Shown here: positions 52,005 through 64,000 of the stretch, piece by piece
Layout of the letters: every line of letters starts with the position of its first letter
Position numbering within the stretch: position 1 is the stretch's first letter
Assembly (NCBI RefSeq): GCF_006345805.1
Contig: NW_021836134.1
Coordinates: 62,001-126,000, forward strand
Direction of reading: 5' to 3'
Source: Octopus sinensis
Taxonomy: Eukaryota
DNA length: 64,000 bases
Notes under the pieces: generated by a model
Database searches by the model: none
The model's input: the letters and a program-made list of their open reading frames with translations, nothing else
Told to the model about the DNA's origin: nothing
Translations under genes and position numbers: made by a program

Positions 52005-52310
52005 TTCTCGCCTGTTGATAAACGATGTTTGTTGTCCGTCTTTCCTTAGCATATATGGATAAATTTTTCTTCTTCCTACCCTTGAACATCCCATGTACAG
52101 CTGTTCATGGGAAAAGCAATTACTCTCTAAAATTATTGGATTAGAGAATATTACATTATTGGATAACAATGCAAAGAAGAACCATGCAACATCGTGTGAA
52201 GTTAAGCAGAAACAGTTTTAATTACTTTGAGCTGAGATTTTTCACATTCTGCTCTGCCTGCTCTCTTTCGTTTTAAAATAAGTCAACTACTTTTAATGAC
52301 TGTCCCGGCC
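52005..52310 (-). mobile_element. Diverged Helitron helicase C-terminal remnant
   Basis: CFSHEQLYMGCSRVG; homologous to 9965-10125. Confidence 0.75.
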
Positions 52311-53602
52311 TTGTTTATTATCATCCCGAGCTCACTATTTTTCTATTTTTGATTTTTTGTTGTAAGAGGGGAGTTTTTTGATACACATTAATCAAACATT
52401 TCAACAATCTGGGCGATCAGATTTTCACTTTGAACCAAAATTTCAATCCATTTTTTGGTCAAATTTAGAAAACAATTTTTTCTAATTTGGCTTAGACAAG
52501 TTTTCATTAAAAAGCAATTTAAACACTCAAAATCGAAATATTTCTAACAATTTCATGAATAAGTCAACTTGCAGTTCAGTTTCGTACGTAATAAACTTGC
52601 TTGGAAATATCTGTGCCTCATAAGATATTGAAAATGTATTTTTAATTTCTAAAGTTAATAAATTGAATAACCTTTTTTTGTCATTCCCATGTCTAAACAT
52701 TTTTTTAGCCTACAAAATCTGCAATTATTTCTTGTTTTGTATGTTAAAATACAATTTCCCTCAAATCTATAAAAGAACATATATTTATTGTTGATGCATC
52801 TTCTAATAATAAATTATACAAGAATATACTGAAAAAAATTTTTGCACCCGTGACAACTTCTGACAGAATAGTGTGTTTTATTAGCTCTGGCTCCGCAGAT
52901 TTCACATTATTTCATTTTGATTATAGAGCAAATAAAGTTAAATTTATTTATAGACGGATATGATTGAAATTTTTTGAAATGAATCTCAATTTGAAAAAAA
53001 TTTGCTATTATATATTTTTTGATAATGATATCATAGATGGCTGACAATATTTGATATTGTATCTAATCAGATTAAAAATGTGGTTTCAAATCAGCAAATT
53101 TCAATTAATGACATACAAGAAAAAATAAGAGAAACTGGGAATTCTATTTGTTTAAGACATATTCTTTGGATAACTCTTAGTACGAAAATTGACTATTTGT
53201 TAAATTCCTTTAATTTAAATCGTCTGGCGGGTTCCTTCAGACCTGTGACAATTAATTCCTTTAAGCTGAGATTTTTGCATTCTGTTTGCTCTCTTTCGTT
53301 TATTAATTGATAAAATTGTTTTTGCATAATAAAAAAGATTAGGAAAAGAGGGATTTTAGAATAAAGAAAAATATTTATTTAAATAGAGAGGCTGTTCGAA
53401 GAAATATTTTTTGATTTTAATTAAAATGAACAACAAGCATTTCGAGGCCCATTAAACCTCACTCGAAAAAATTAGCAAAATATTTTTTAGATTTTGGTTA
53501 AATCCGTAATTTCTGGTTTTTGTATTTTATGTATACTATTTCTTTTTTTTTAATTGAATGCATTTATTACGAAAAAAGAATTCGGTCAAGTATTTGAAAG
53601 CT

Positions 53603-54540
53603 TCATGGACGGGAAGCCGACGCGATCGAGAAAAAATTAGAGCGTACTATCGCAAGGGATATCCGCTCGAAAAACCATCTTGATTCGCGGGCGTCGCCTG
53701 TGATAGCAGACATGCGGGACCCGATCTCCTGAACGAAGCTGATTGCCTTACTGCCCAAGGAACCGGAAGTCTCAACCGCGAATGGAAGGAATTGGAACTT
53801 CTCCATAAGTGAGGAGTACTTCCGCATTTTTTTGCATTCCGCGGTTGTGACAATAGATCCAGGGGCGGATGCGGACATCAGCAGGTTCTGAGGCGAGAAA
53901 GGCTCGCATAGGCGGAGATCGAGACGTAAACAAATTCCAGTCCGTACGGACTCACTGTCCAGAAAATTCCCAATACTCGGCAGTGGAGTGGCATTTAGCC
54001 AGGCTCCGCTGTGAGGGCGACATGCCGTCTCAAAGCAGGCCAAGCGGTGTTGGTCGAGGGATTTACGTAACGCTTGGATGCGGGATTGTAGGCGGACTTG
54101 GTCCCAAACAAATTGCTTATATTGATCCTCTGGGATTTCCTATCCTAGCGAGTGCCACTTCAGGACCGCCGATGATAACTCAGAGAGCACGTAATGTTCA
54201 AAATCGGTTGGGAGAACCGTGCCCATGAGTTTCTGGCATGAAGAAAGTGACGACAGGTAGGCAGGCAGTGCGACATCATTCGGCCACCGAAGTCCAAGGC
54301 CTCCGTGGCGTATGGGGAGTGAAGCTTAACTCCACCCCAAAGAGTCGAACTCGACATTGCATATTGATTCGATCTTCAAACGAAGGGAGTCATTGAGATC
54401 AGTGAGAATGTTCACATGTAGGTAACAAGGTGCACTTCTGAGGGAGTAGAGTAATTTAGGCAGGGCGAAAAAGTTTCTCGCGAAAAACAGGCCGACGTGG
54501 CTGTTTAAAAACGTGAGGCGGTCCAGCAAACCAGTTAGCG
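53603..54540 (-). mobile_element. CRE-clade 3' half (thumb + REL)
   Basis: FFALPKLLYSLRSAPC, HSGAWLNATP, KKMRKY, PFAVETSG, FERISLAIVRSN. Confidence 0.85.
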
Positions 54541-55133
54541 TGGAATGTTTAGTAAGAAGATCACTCTTAATAGCTTAATAGCGGTCGGCAGGATCACTCT
54601 TAATACTATTTCTTGTTTTTCAAAAATAAAATTGTTCTTGTAATTTTTTGTATTTTTTAGATTTTTTAAATCGGTCGATAAAAAAATACATCTAATTGAA
54701 TTTTTCTGAGTTAGTCAAGTTCATTTTAGTAACATTGAGTAAACCATTTCTGAAATAAATATTTGCAATAAATAAGGCCTTTAATTAACTTAGCTATCTC
54801 GCTACAAAATGAAGTTCACGTTAAAATAAGGCGTAAGAAATTAATGTGTACAAAAAAATATTTTCAAAAATCTGCACGTCAAATTAATTTAAAAAAATCT
54901 GTAGATTATTCGCGTGTATTTTATTCTGACTGAGACATCTTGTAATATGCAACGCCCACTGTGAGCAACCATGCACTACCAGAAACCCAACGAGTTTTAA
55001 TCAATATCACGATAATAGGATTTGATAGACATTTTAGATAATGAAATGATTTATCATCGAATTAATAAAAAGAATGAAAGAGGTCACATAGCCTTGGCGG
55101 ATAAAATTGTTTAGCTAAAACAGCCATTGTGTC

Positions 55134-56330
55134 TCACGAGGGTCCTTTGTGCACACAGAAATCAGCCATTAGAGCCGTATAACGAAAGAGAGAGTGGTAT
55201 TGATCTTTGGCTAGCTTTAATTTTTCACATTCTCTTGCAGCTGACCCCGGGTCGGAGGCCGAGTTACCCAGATTGAACTGGGAGAAAGTGTCAGTATAGT
55301 CCCATGCTAAACATGTAGCCTTCAAGAAAATGAACTACATCTAAGAGTTTTCCATCTTCGCGAATAAGCCCAAGGGGTTCCAGTTGAGCTGGAGTGCCCA
55401 CAGAGTCTAAGACGTTCTTAATAATTCCGTTGAGTGCTTTATGTCTCGGGAAACGGCCGATACTGCGCCTACACGAGAGAGCATGTCTGTCCAGTTCATC
55501 CATAGTCGATCCACATTTGCATAAATGTGGAGAGTATATTCTCAGACATAAACGGGTAAGAACTGGAACCTCGAGTCCTCTGTCTTGCCAATTTTGAGAC
55601 CCATGCACACCATAGACCTCTTACGATCGAAATAAAATGTGAAAACGACGTCAAAGAGAGGAGTTGCAAATACTTTTAAAAGAGACTTGAAATATCAGTT
55701 CAAGTTTGATAGAATCCTCAATGACGCGGAGAACTTTTTCTGATATTGGCATTGGGGATTGAAATATTGTCGGCAAGTAGCAAATTATAAATTCAATGGA
55801 GGAATCGCAGTAAGTGCCAATGGAATTTTTAATTTTGGTGGTCAACGAATCGGGTAAAAGTTTTCTAATGGGCAAAATTAGGCTGATAAAAGGAAAAAAA
55901 ATTTTCTTCCAGTCTTTGTTGCAGTTGGTTTGTATTGCATTCTTGCTAAAAATTGACAAGCAATCGGCGGCTAGAAATCTGGCGTGCTTTGGAATTCTAA
56001 TTCGGATTCGTCCCAAGCAACAATATTTGGAAAGATATGTCAAAATCTCATTAGGGCTACGATTAAAACTTCTTGGAGTGAATATTCATAAATAAGGGAT
56101 AGGTGAAGTAGTAGTTATAAAAATTCTTTTTCAAACAATCATGCAACGAGCACAAAGCCAGTTTGGAAGAGCACTCATTTTAATGCAGCCAAGGTGAAAG
56201 TAGTTAGAGCAAGAATCACATAGAATCCAAAATTTCCTGTTTTTAGAGGATTGGCAGGTGACACATTCCACAACTAAGCGATGGGGTACAATCTTATGGG
56301 CCTTGGGTTTGTCTTCTTCCATAATCAATG
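55134..56330 (-). mobile_element. CRE-clade derivative with PHD/N-terminal part joined to the REL part; RT absent
   Basis: CVTC...LCDSCSNYFHLGC...WLCARC; RIPKHARFLAADCLS; HLCKCG...HALSCRRSIGRFPRHKALN; CLAWD. Confidence 0.75.
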
Positions 56331-56453
56331 AAATTAAAAATTTATATCATCAACGTTAATCTATTGTATCAAAAACAATTCAATTTTTTCGCCATGTTTC
56401 CGAGTCGTTAAACGAACCTAAAAATATTTTTTTACATATACTAACCTCTAGAC

Positions 56454-56984
56454 CAGTGGTTCTTAACCTTTTTAGCTCAAGGGCCAAATCGATAATTAAG
56501 ATTAGCTTCGCGGGCCGCACAAAAAATATTTTATATATTTTTATATTTTCCATTTTACTAAATATTGATTCGCATAAATATGTAGATTCATATATGCATT
56601 GTGTGTTATATTTTTGAATTTGTCTGAGGAATTAATTCGTAAAAATTAATAATAGACGCATTTTTGAACAATGCCGCCAGTTCTATATCATGTTGTAAAT
56701 TAATGAGTTCTAGTTGAAACTTTGCAGGCGCATCCTTAATTCCCACGCTGAATTGAGTTGCGAATAATTTCATTAAAGGAAGTAATTCTTTAAAATTCTA
56801 AAAATTAAATTTATATAAATGTACCCCAAAACGTGCTTCAAATTGATTAATAAAATCACCAATTATGGATATGTTTAACCATAAGAATAAATAATTAAAT
56901 TTAAACATTATTAAAAAATTTAAAAAGTTAGTTATTCTAGAGGGGCCGCAAAAAAATCCTGGGGGCCGCATTTGAGAACCGCTG
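56454..56984 (-). mobile_element. Non-autonomous hAT element, second copy of 34489-35017
   Basis: Termini CAGTGGTTCTTAA and TTGAGAACCGCTG; 8-bp TSD CTCTAGAC. Confidence 0.92.
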
Positions 56985-56999
56985 CTCTAGACGATTGTT

Positions 57000-57560
57000 T
57001 GATAATAAATTTGAAATTTCTACATTATCGCTGTAAGGGCTCTCAGTTTATCAAATCGCAAATTTGTCAAGTCTGATATGATTTTCTTTTTAAATATTAA
57101 AATATTACCGAAAAACAAACATTTATAGGAGTAGAAAACTTACAGATTTCACATGAGTTTATAACGCCCCTATAACACTTCTTTTAACGTGGAAGTAGTA
57201 CTTATTGAATAGATCCTCCATTTTATTCATACCAAAATGAGCCTGAATATGGAGTGCGGAGATAGAAACTTCCATCTCTTTTTCATTATCCAAGCAAATT
57301 AAGAGCTTTTGATTTCTATTCGAATATGTAAAGTACATTTTGTCGCTAATCATCATGAATTTTTTTTGCTTTTTGCTGGAGCCAGAATTTATTGTGTTTG
57401 TTCAGAATTGTAATCGTTTCTCCTTTAAGGATTTGTTCAATTATTAGGTTTCATGCGAGCATTTTACATAGCCTCTGTATGGAGACATCTTTTTCATACA
57501 GCGTTATTATACGTCGCACCACGCTACTGTCGAATTGCGTGGCGTGTTGCGCTACTATCG
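57000..57560 (-). mobile_element. Ginger-like integrase N-terminal remnant
   Basis: LHIQAHFGMNKMEDLFNKYYFHVKRSVI (H2C2 integrase Zn-binding pattern). Confidence 0.6.
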
Positions 57561-58948
57561 TGATATTGATTTAAACGCGTTCGGTAGCTCGTAGTGCAGG
57601 TTGCTCACAGATTCTTTATTTTTTATTAATTCACAAACAATGTCAATTAATAGCGTGTACCATTGATGATCCCGGTTATAGTAGTTTTATACTGGATCAC
57701 TTGTTGGATTAAAATAATAATTTAAGGAGACAATCTTTTATCACGAAATTGAATTCATTTTTCGAGTCAATCTTGGCCAGAATTCTTAGTGTACTTATCA
57801 ACGAATAAATTGACTAGCGCAAAGCATGGACTGGACTCCAGTTACAGCATAAGGCCTTCTTTTAGCTCTAAAGAAAAGAAAAAAATTTTCTTCGAGGACA
57901 ATATGGATTTAAATGCGACATATTAACTGAAGTAATTTTGAATTTAAATATGTACAACCATATTCTCTTTTTATGAATCCCATAAAAAGTATATTCTTTG
58001 TATAAAGCATAGGTTTTCACGAGAAATTCTCGCGGCGCAAATGCTAATAAAAAATAATCTCGCGGCACATAATCAAAATCAAAACATAATTATAAAATTC
58101 CAAATTCAAAATTTATTATTTTTACATAATTTTTCTATGTCTGGCTCAATATTTGATAAGGCCAGCCGCATTTCTGAATCTAAATCCAGTAGATTTTCTC
58201 GCTTATTTGTTTTAATGTTTTGTAATGCAGAAAATCCCTTTTCACACAAATAAGTTGTTGCAAATTGTAGAATGATCCGCATTGCTTTATCTGTTATTTT
58301 TGGAAATCTAGAACGAATTTTGATCCAAAATTCGCCAATATTTAATTCCGTATGTGATAATTTTAAGGTACGATCATTAAATAGTTCAATAAGCTCCATA
58401 TTTTCGAACAATGATAACTCATTACTATGACTAACCAAAAATAGATTCCGTATCTAAAACTAATTATTTAAAATAAATACCCAATCATATTTTTCAATGT
58501 CTATGTCTGGAAAATAATTATTGACTTTTTGTTCCAATGATGTCAAATGCTCATATATAAGACTTTGTATTATGGTACCGTCAGAATCTAAATTGGCTTT
58601 ATAAATTAGAATGCGAAACCATTAGTCTTAGGAAACATGCTAAAATCCCCACTTAATACTAGTCTTCTCCAATATGTAATATTCATTTTTAAAGCATTTA
58701 ACTTGTCCGTACAACTCAAAATTGTCTCATTATTTCCTTGCATGCTTAGATTCACATCATTCAATATCGAAAATATGTCCGTTAGATATGCTAATTTTAA
58801 TTTCCAATTCGAATTGCTGATCAATTCATGAAATTGATAGCATTGTTCTCTCGTGAAAAATTCAGCTATCGTGTCCCTTAATTCATACACTCTGGCCAGT
58901 ACCCTTCCCCGTGATAACCATCGTATTTCGGTATGTAACAATAAATTT

Positions 58949-60353
58949 GGTACTTTTGTCGAAGTGGTCGCAGTTTTTTTAGAAGATAATTAAAATTAAT
59001 TAATTTTTTTAGTGAAAAATAGATTATTTAATTTATAACCCTCTATCAATAATTTAAATGGTTATTAAAATTATTTAAAAATTTATTTAACCAATTTAGT
59101 CATTTTTAGTACGCGGCATCCAAATTCCAGGACTGTAGAAGGAATTTATGTCTTTTACAATCTGTGCAAAAGATTCCTTATAGTTCTGTATTTGTTTTCG
59201 CCACATAAATTCTGAAAAAATAACTAACTAAAAAAACCTGCGAAATAAGATCCCAGATGATGTCTTACAGCTCCTCTTTGAGCTTTATTCTTGCATTTTG
59301 CACTTCCCCACATTCGTTCTACTGTCTGGGTGTGCACTCCCGTCGTTGGATCCACAAAGAATTTTCTGAATATATTATATTTCCTTACTTATGGTTAACG
59401 GTTTCGTGTGTGTAGCCGTTTTCAACCAATTGATCAGTTGAATACCCTAAATGTTAATCAAATAATGCTAACCTTTCCAGCAGTCACTATAAATAATGCT
59501 TCCCACCTCGACATATCGAATTACTAGACTGAGCAGTGTTTCTCTGCTCCTATCCGCGACTGGTTGCAGAAAACACTGTTTGGTGGCTCGACAAATACCA
59601 CCGAAGACCCACTGTTTTGGTAAAACTCTTCCAGAGTTGTTTTTCCGTTTGGAAAACATACTCTCGTCTACCTCCACAATCATACCAGGACCACCTGAAA
59701 TAAACATTAATAATACCAATTTTGCCGTCAGATCTTTTAACAAGTGCGTCCACACAGACTTCACGTAAAAACATAGCCCAATCGACATATGTATGTTCAC
59801 CCCAATTGTATTCGTGATGAAGCCATTTGAAGGTATGCCTATCGTAACTCCATAAGTATATGTAGGCGATGACATCCTCAAATGGCAATCTACAATTCTC
59901 TAACCAGGTATCTAGAATTATTTGAGAGAAATTATACCTTTTTTAATAGAACATTGGACTCTACAACCAACTCTTGAGCATTTCCAATTGAGCTTCGGTC
60001 CCAAGACTAATTCCATCTGATGTCCCTTCGGACATATACGTGATTTTGAAAGGATATCCACATTTTGCAGAAAATGCACTGCATCCTCCTTACTTATTGG
60101 GAGCTGTCGGAATTTGATGTTGCATAAGTCCACAACAGAATTTTCCATGTGACCTATAGTGCCAGTTTATATCAATATTAGGTACATGCTCGCCATAATA
60201 TTAAAAAAATTAGAAAATAAATTAGTAAAAAATTTAATAATATTTTAAATTATTGATAGAGCGACTTAAATAAAATATAATATATTCCACCTCAAAAATT
60301 ATTAGATTTTTTAAAAGGCCTAAAAAAACTGCGACCACTTCGACAAAAGTACC
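58949..60353 (-). mobile_element. Merlin (IS1016/IS1595-related) transposon with perfect TIRs of about 31 bp
   Basis: TIR GGTACTTTTGTCGAAGTGGTCGCAGTTTTTT at both ends. Confidence 0.93.
59096..60148 (-). CDS. Merlin transposase, intact 309 aa over six exons
   Basis: Exons 60148-59938, 59911-59717, 59694-59473, 59446-59389, 59365-59238 and 59211-59096 total 930 nt. Splicing restores KIG|GPGMIVEVDE, QWVFGGI, IYSDCWKG|Y, VNHK|KFFVDP, HTQTVERMW and FA|EFMWR. Confidence 0.92.
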
Positions 60354-61789
60354 ATAAAGGTACTTTTGTCTTAGTAAAGAAACCTGAATTTAATCATATA
60401 ATAAAACAATATACAAGTCCATTAAGTCTTCCAGACATAGATGGTGCCCCATCTGTGCATACACCAACACAATTTTTAAAGGAAATATTATGTTGATTAA
60501 AATAATCAAATTGTACATATCAATTGCACGAGTAGTAGTAACTAGTGCCTTGCAGAAAAGAAATTGTTCAATAATACTTCTGACTTTTCAGTACGAATAT
60601 AAATAAGCAACTGTGCAATTCCTGCTACGTCAGTTGATTCGTCAATTTGCAATGAATATAAATTGTTTTTCATTATAGATACCACTTTTTCTTCAATATC
60701 AAACGACATTGTACTAATTCTTCGACAAATAGTATTGTCAGAAAAGGGAATTTTCAATAATTTTTTTTCAAATTCCACGCCAAACATTGTTCGGACTATT
60801 AATTTGCATGCTGGAAGGATAAGATTTTCGGCAATTGTATGAGGTTTCATTTTCTTGGCAATCAATTCCGATACTAGATAAGAGCACTTTACTGCATCTT
60901 CTGATTTTCCAAATGATTTTGAAAATGATTTTTTACTTACTCTAAATATGTATATATATAATTATTAACACTACCTATGTTTTTTGCTTAATTCTTTAAA
61001 ATAATCAATTGAATAATCTTTATATTCCGGGTGCTTAGATAAAAAATGTCTACGAAGTTTAGATGGAACCATTGATTCATTCGACAACACCTCCATGCAA
61101 ATCAGGCACTGTGGTAAACTATTTCCAGTGCCACAACAGTCAAAACCCATAGATAAAAAAGATGATTTGTAATGACGAATACTCCGATGCACAGACATAA
61201 CAAATAGCAACGTGATTATAATTTATTATAATTGTTTCATTATAAATAATTTTTAAGTTAAAAATTAAACAAAAAATAAGTAAATATAGATCTTCACGCG
61301 GCACATTTTTTATCGTCCTGCGGCACAAAAATGTGCCGCGGCGCAGTGTTTGAAAACCTCTGGTATAAAGCGTCTTGTGATTTCTGAAAATTTTGTTTTG
61401 ATTTAACATTATTGCTTTCGTAAAAACTTTAATGCTTGTTTATATACAGTTTAAAAGCTAATTTTTTGACCCCTGACGCTAATGCTTAATTCATTAACAC
61501 TAATTCTCAAAAAGTCGACACTAAAGTTTGCGTTTTCTACGATTTTTAGCCATTGCAAATCAACAAGACACGTGAAGGCCATGACTGTCAGAAACAGAAT
61601 AAAATCTTGTTTTTTGTTGAGACAGAAACAGTAAAAGAAGATTTTGTAATTTTGGCGGAACTAGTTTCAACATACCATAGCTTCATCAGCTTTGCCCCTC
61701 TGACCCTCGGGACTTAAATTTGCACTGAAAAAAAATCCACCAAACAGAACATCAGCAAAATCTTCTCTCTACCAAAGACTTCTCCTGCA

Positions 61790-63253
61790 AACTTGTCCTT
61801 CTCACAACCCACGAAGAATAACAACAAGCACCCTAACCTGGACTACAACTCCGGGCGGAACTTGAATGAACGCGTCAGTAGCAACCTGGCTGAAGGCGAC
61901 ATCCGAGCTGCTATCCGCACTGTCATGAACGACGACACGGTCTTACTTCCAACTCCCGACGTTCTCGATAAGCTGAAAACCAAACATTCGGACCCTCCCG
62001 TCGACCTCCGACTTCTTGAACGTCCAAGAGACACTTCAGTTCTAACTCTGACGAACGAGGAAATCAAGCGTTCAATTCGATCTTTCGGGAAAAGCAGCTG
62101 TGGGGGCCTAGACGGACTATTCCTTTTTTCTACTGAAAAACAGTCTTCACATGCCAAGATTCCTTTTCGCTCTACGTTGCCTACCATGCTTCCCTCAGCC
62201 TGACATCTTGAATTCTTTGGATTCTTCTTTGAGATCCACAGCCGAATCAATTCTCAACGTAAAATTTGATGACATTGGGTGGAGACAAGGAAAACTTTCC
62301 GTCAGGTTTGAAGGTATTGAATTTCGCTCGCCAAAGGATCTGACCCCGCAAGCATATCTTTGGTCTAGCTTTGGTTTCATCTTCGATGTGTATCAGCCGT
62401 CACCTAGCCAATGAGATTCTACTCTCCTATAACGAACTCTCATTGCACTTGCCGGCTGAAGTTGTATCGAATTTCTGAACCGACGCTAACTTACCCCTCC
62501 CGTCCGACATGTCCGTGCAACGGAAATGGGATGAAATCTGGGCCGCCGACTCGTTTTCGAAGATGAAACCAGAGCTAGACCAACACTGGCTAGCGTGCCT
62601 ACTCTCGGCCGCACATCCTCACAGCGGCGCATGGCTCGGCGTCTACCCATCTACATCAACCGGAACCTTTTTGGATGACGACTGCCTGAGGATCGGGATC
62701 TCCCGATGTGGAGCCAAAGTCGACGCTAAAGGGCTCCACCCTCTTTCGTGTTGCAGGAGTGCCGGTCGAAGTCCTTGCCACGCCTCGCTAAATGACGTCG
62801 TGTTTAGAGCCCTCAAGGCTGCAGGCTTTCCGTCACAACTTGAGCCTGTCGGATTAGACCGTGGTGACGGCAAACGCCCAGACGGAATGACAATCTTTCC
62901 TTTTCGGGACGGCAAGTGCCTCGTCTGGGGTGCTACGTGAATCGATTCTTTCTCCCCATTGGCAATCATGTCATCTGCTACTTCCCCGGAAAAGGCTGAG
63001 ACGGCCAAAATTAAAAAATACCAAGAACTTGGACGCCAAAATTAAAAAATACCAAGAATTCCTACCAATCGCTTTGGAGACATCGGGCGTCGCCGGTCCT
63101 CTTACCTCGGCCTTCATCAGCGACATCGGGAGGAAATTGGCCCACAGGATGAAAGACCCACGCGAGGTTTCGTGGCTATTGAAGCGGATATCTATCGCCA
63201 TTCTCCGTGGCAACACGCATGCGGTACTTTCCGCAAGAGGGTGCGTGCTTTAA
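61790..63253 (+). mobile_element. CRE-clade derivative: N-terminal linker joined to thumb/REL, RT core deleted
   Basis: LAEGDIRAAIRTV...SCGGLDG is followed almost directly by ILNVKFDDIGW...HSGAWLG, KRPDGMTIFP, LVWG, PIALETSG, LKRISIAILRGN. Confidence 0.85.
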
Positions 63254-63549
63254 CCCCCCCGGAGTTTCCCCTCTGCCCATTCCTTACTTAATTTGTTTTC
63301 ATTTGAAATTTCAAATTATTAACATATCAAGATAATTCGAAAAATTGTACAAGCTTAATTTTATTGATAAGTAAAACTAAGGTAAACAATAAGGTGGGAT
63401 GTGCCGGAAATAAAGGGTTGGACTGTATTCGACCCTATTTGAAATTACCCTGGGTCAAGTGTTATTTTTTATTTGATTTTTGGGATTTTGACAGATTCGA
63501 AAAAAACATTTTCAGATTATTCATTTCTATGTATCACATGATAAATGAA

Positions 63550-64000
63550 TATTATAAATTTCATTCTGGAAAAATAAAAAATGGGAAATCTAATAAAGAA
63601 ATAAGTGACTATATAAACATGCCTTAATCCTCAATAAGTCAAATATTTTTTCAATAGAGAAAATCTGGTGATATTGAGAGCAAACCGCGTGGTGGAAACC
63701 GTTCTTCCAAATTGAATGATTTACACAACCAAAACATTCTTATTTTGATCGACGATAATCAATTATTAACACTATCAAAGCTAAAAGACGTGTTGTTTTA
63801 GGAATATAGGATAAACATTAGTCTGAGTACAATTAACAGAGGTCTTAAAAACTTTCACTACAGAGTGAAATAAATTGTGAAAAGATTAGCAAGGAAAAAT
63901 ATTGATAATATCATTGCACTAAGAAAAAGATATCCAGATAATTTACGAATTTTACAAATTAGAATCGAAAATAAGACTATCATTTTTCTCGCTGAAGTAA
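63550..64000 (+). pseudogene. Degenerate IS630/Tc1-like transposase 5' part, runs off the window end
   Basis: KPRGGNRSSKL, ISLSTINRGL, TIIFL; several stop codons. Confidence 0.6.

Larger units (their letters stand above)
58008..61362 (-). mobile_element. hAT Buster-type transposon (second family) hosting the Merlin insertion and an internal deletion
   Basis: Termini CATAGGTTTTCA and TGAAAACCTCTG, 8-bp TSD GTATAAAG; PQCLIC...LRRHF, KPHTIAENLI, YSLQIDESTD, HTEIRWLSRG, TTYLCEKGFS. Introns 60942-60974, 58597-58619, 58454-58480. Confidence 0.92.

Noticed and set aside
58949-60353. Bacterial IS1595 (and IS630 at 3.4 kb) as contamination or recent horizontal transfer
   Set aside because: The Merlin ORF needs spliceosomal introns, and both elements are nested among eukaryotic transposons.

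Overview
Eukaryotic (animal-type) genomic DNA in the standard genetic code, with two contrasting compartments. (1) Compact gene islands with higher GC and ultra-short GT-AG introns (21-26 nt, mostly 23 nt): the 5' part of MON2 (1-2918, minus, runs off the window edge), and a 13-kb block holding a CLC-3/4/5-type Cl-/H+ exchanger, PI4K type II, CFAP43, GCSH and CCDC191 (38015-51094). (2) AT-rich tracts (about 3-38 kb and 51-64 kb) made almost entirely of nested, rearranged transposons: Tc1, IS630-like, pogo, hAT/Buster, Merlin, MULE, Ginger-like, Helitron, and CRE-, R4-, RTE- and jockey/I-like LINEs. A motile-cilia gene plus introns of about 23 nt suggests a dicyemid-like animal; this is an inference. 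Main observations: DNA transposases from three superfamilies carry host-style 22-33 nt introns, and the Merlin element splices into an intact 309-aa ORF across five of them. One MON2 intron is built from a duplication of its own splice junction. Three CRE-containing inserts are flanked by very long direct repeats (79, 79 and about 147 bp). An IS630-like element with a CTAG target and ~21-bp subterminal arrays forms part of a four-level nest. Homopolymer indels are frequent (seen between near-identical copies), so single frameshifts are treated as probable assembly errors. Homology calls rest on remembered protein motifs, not database searches.
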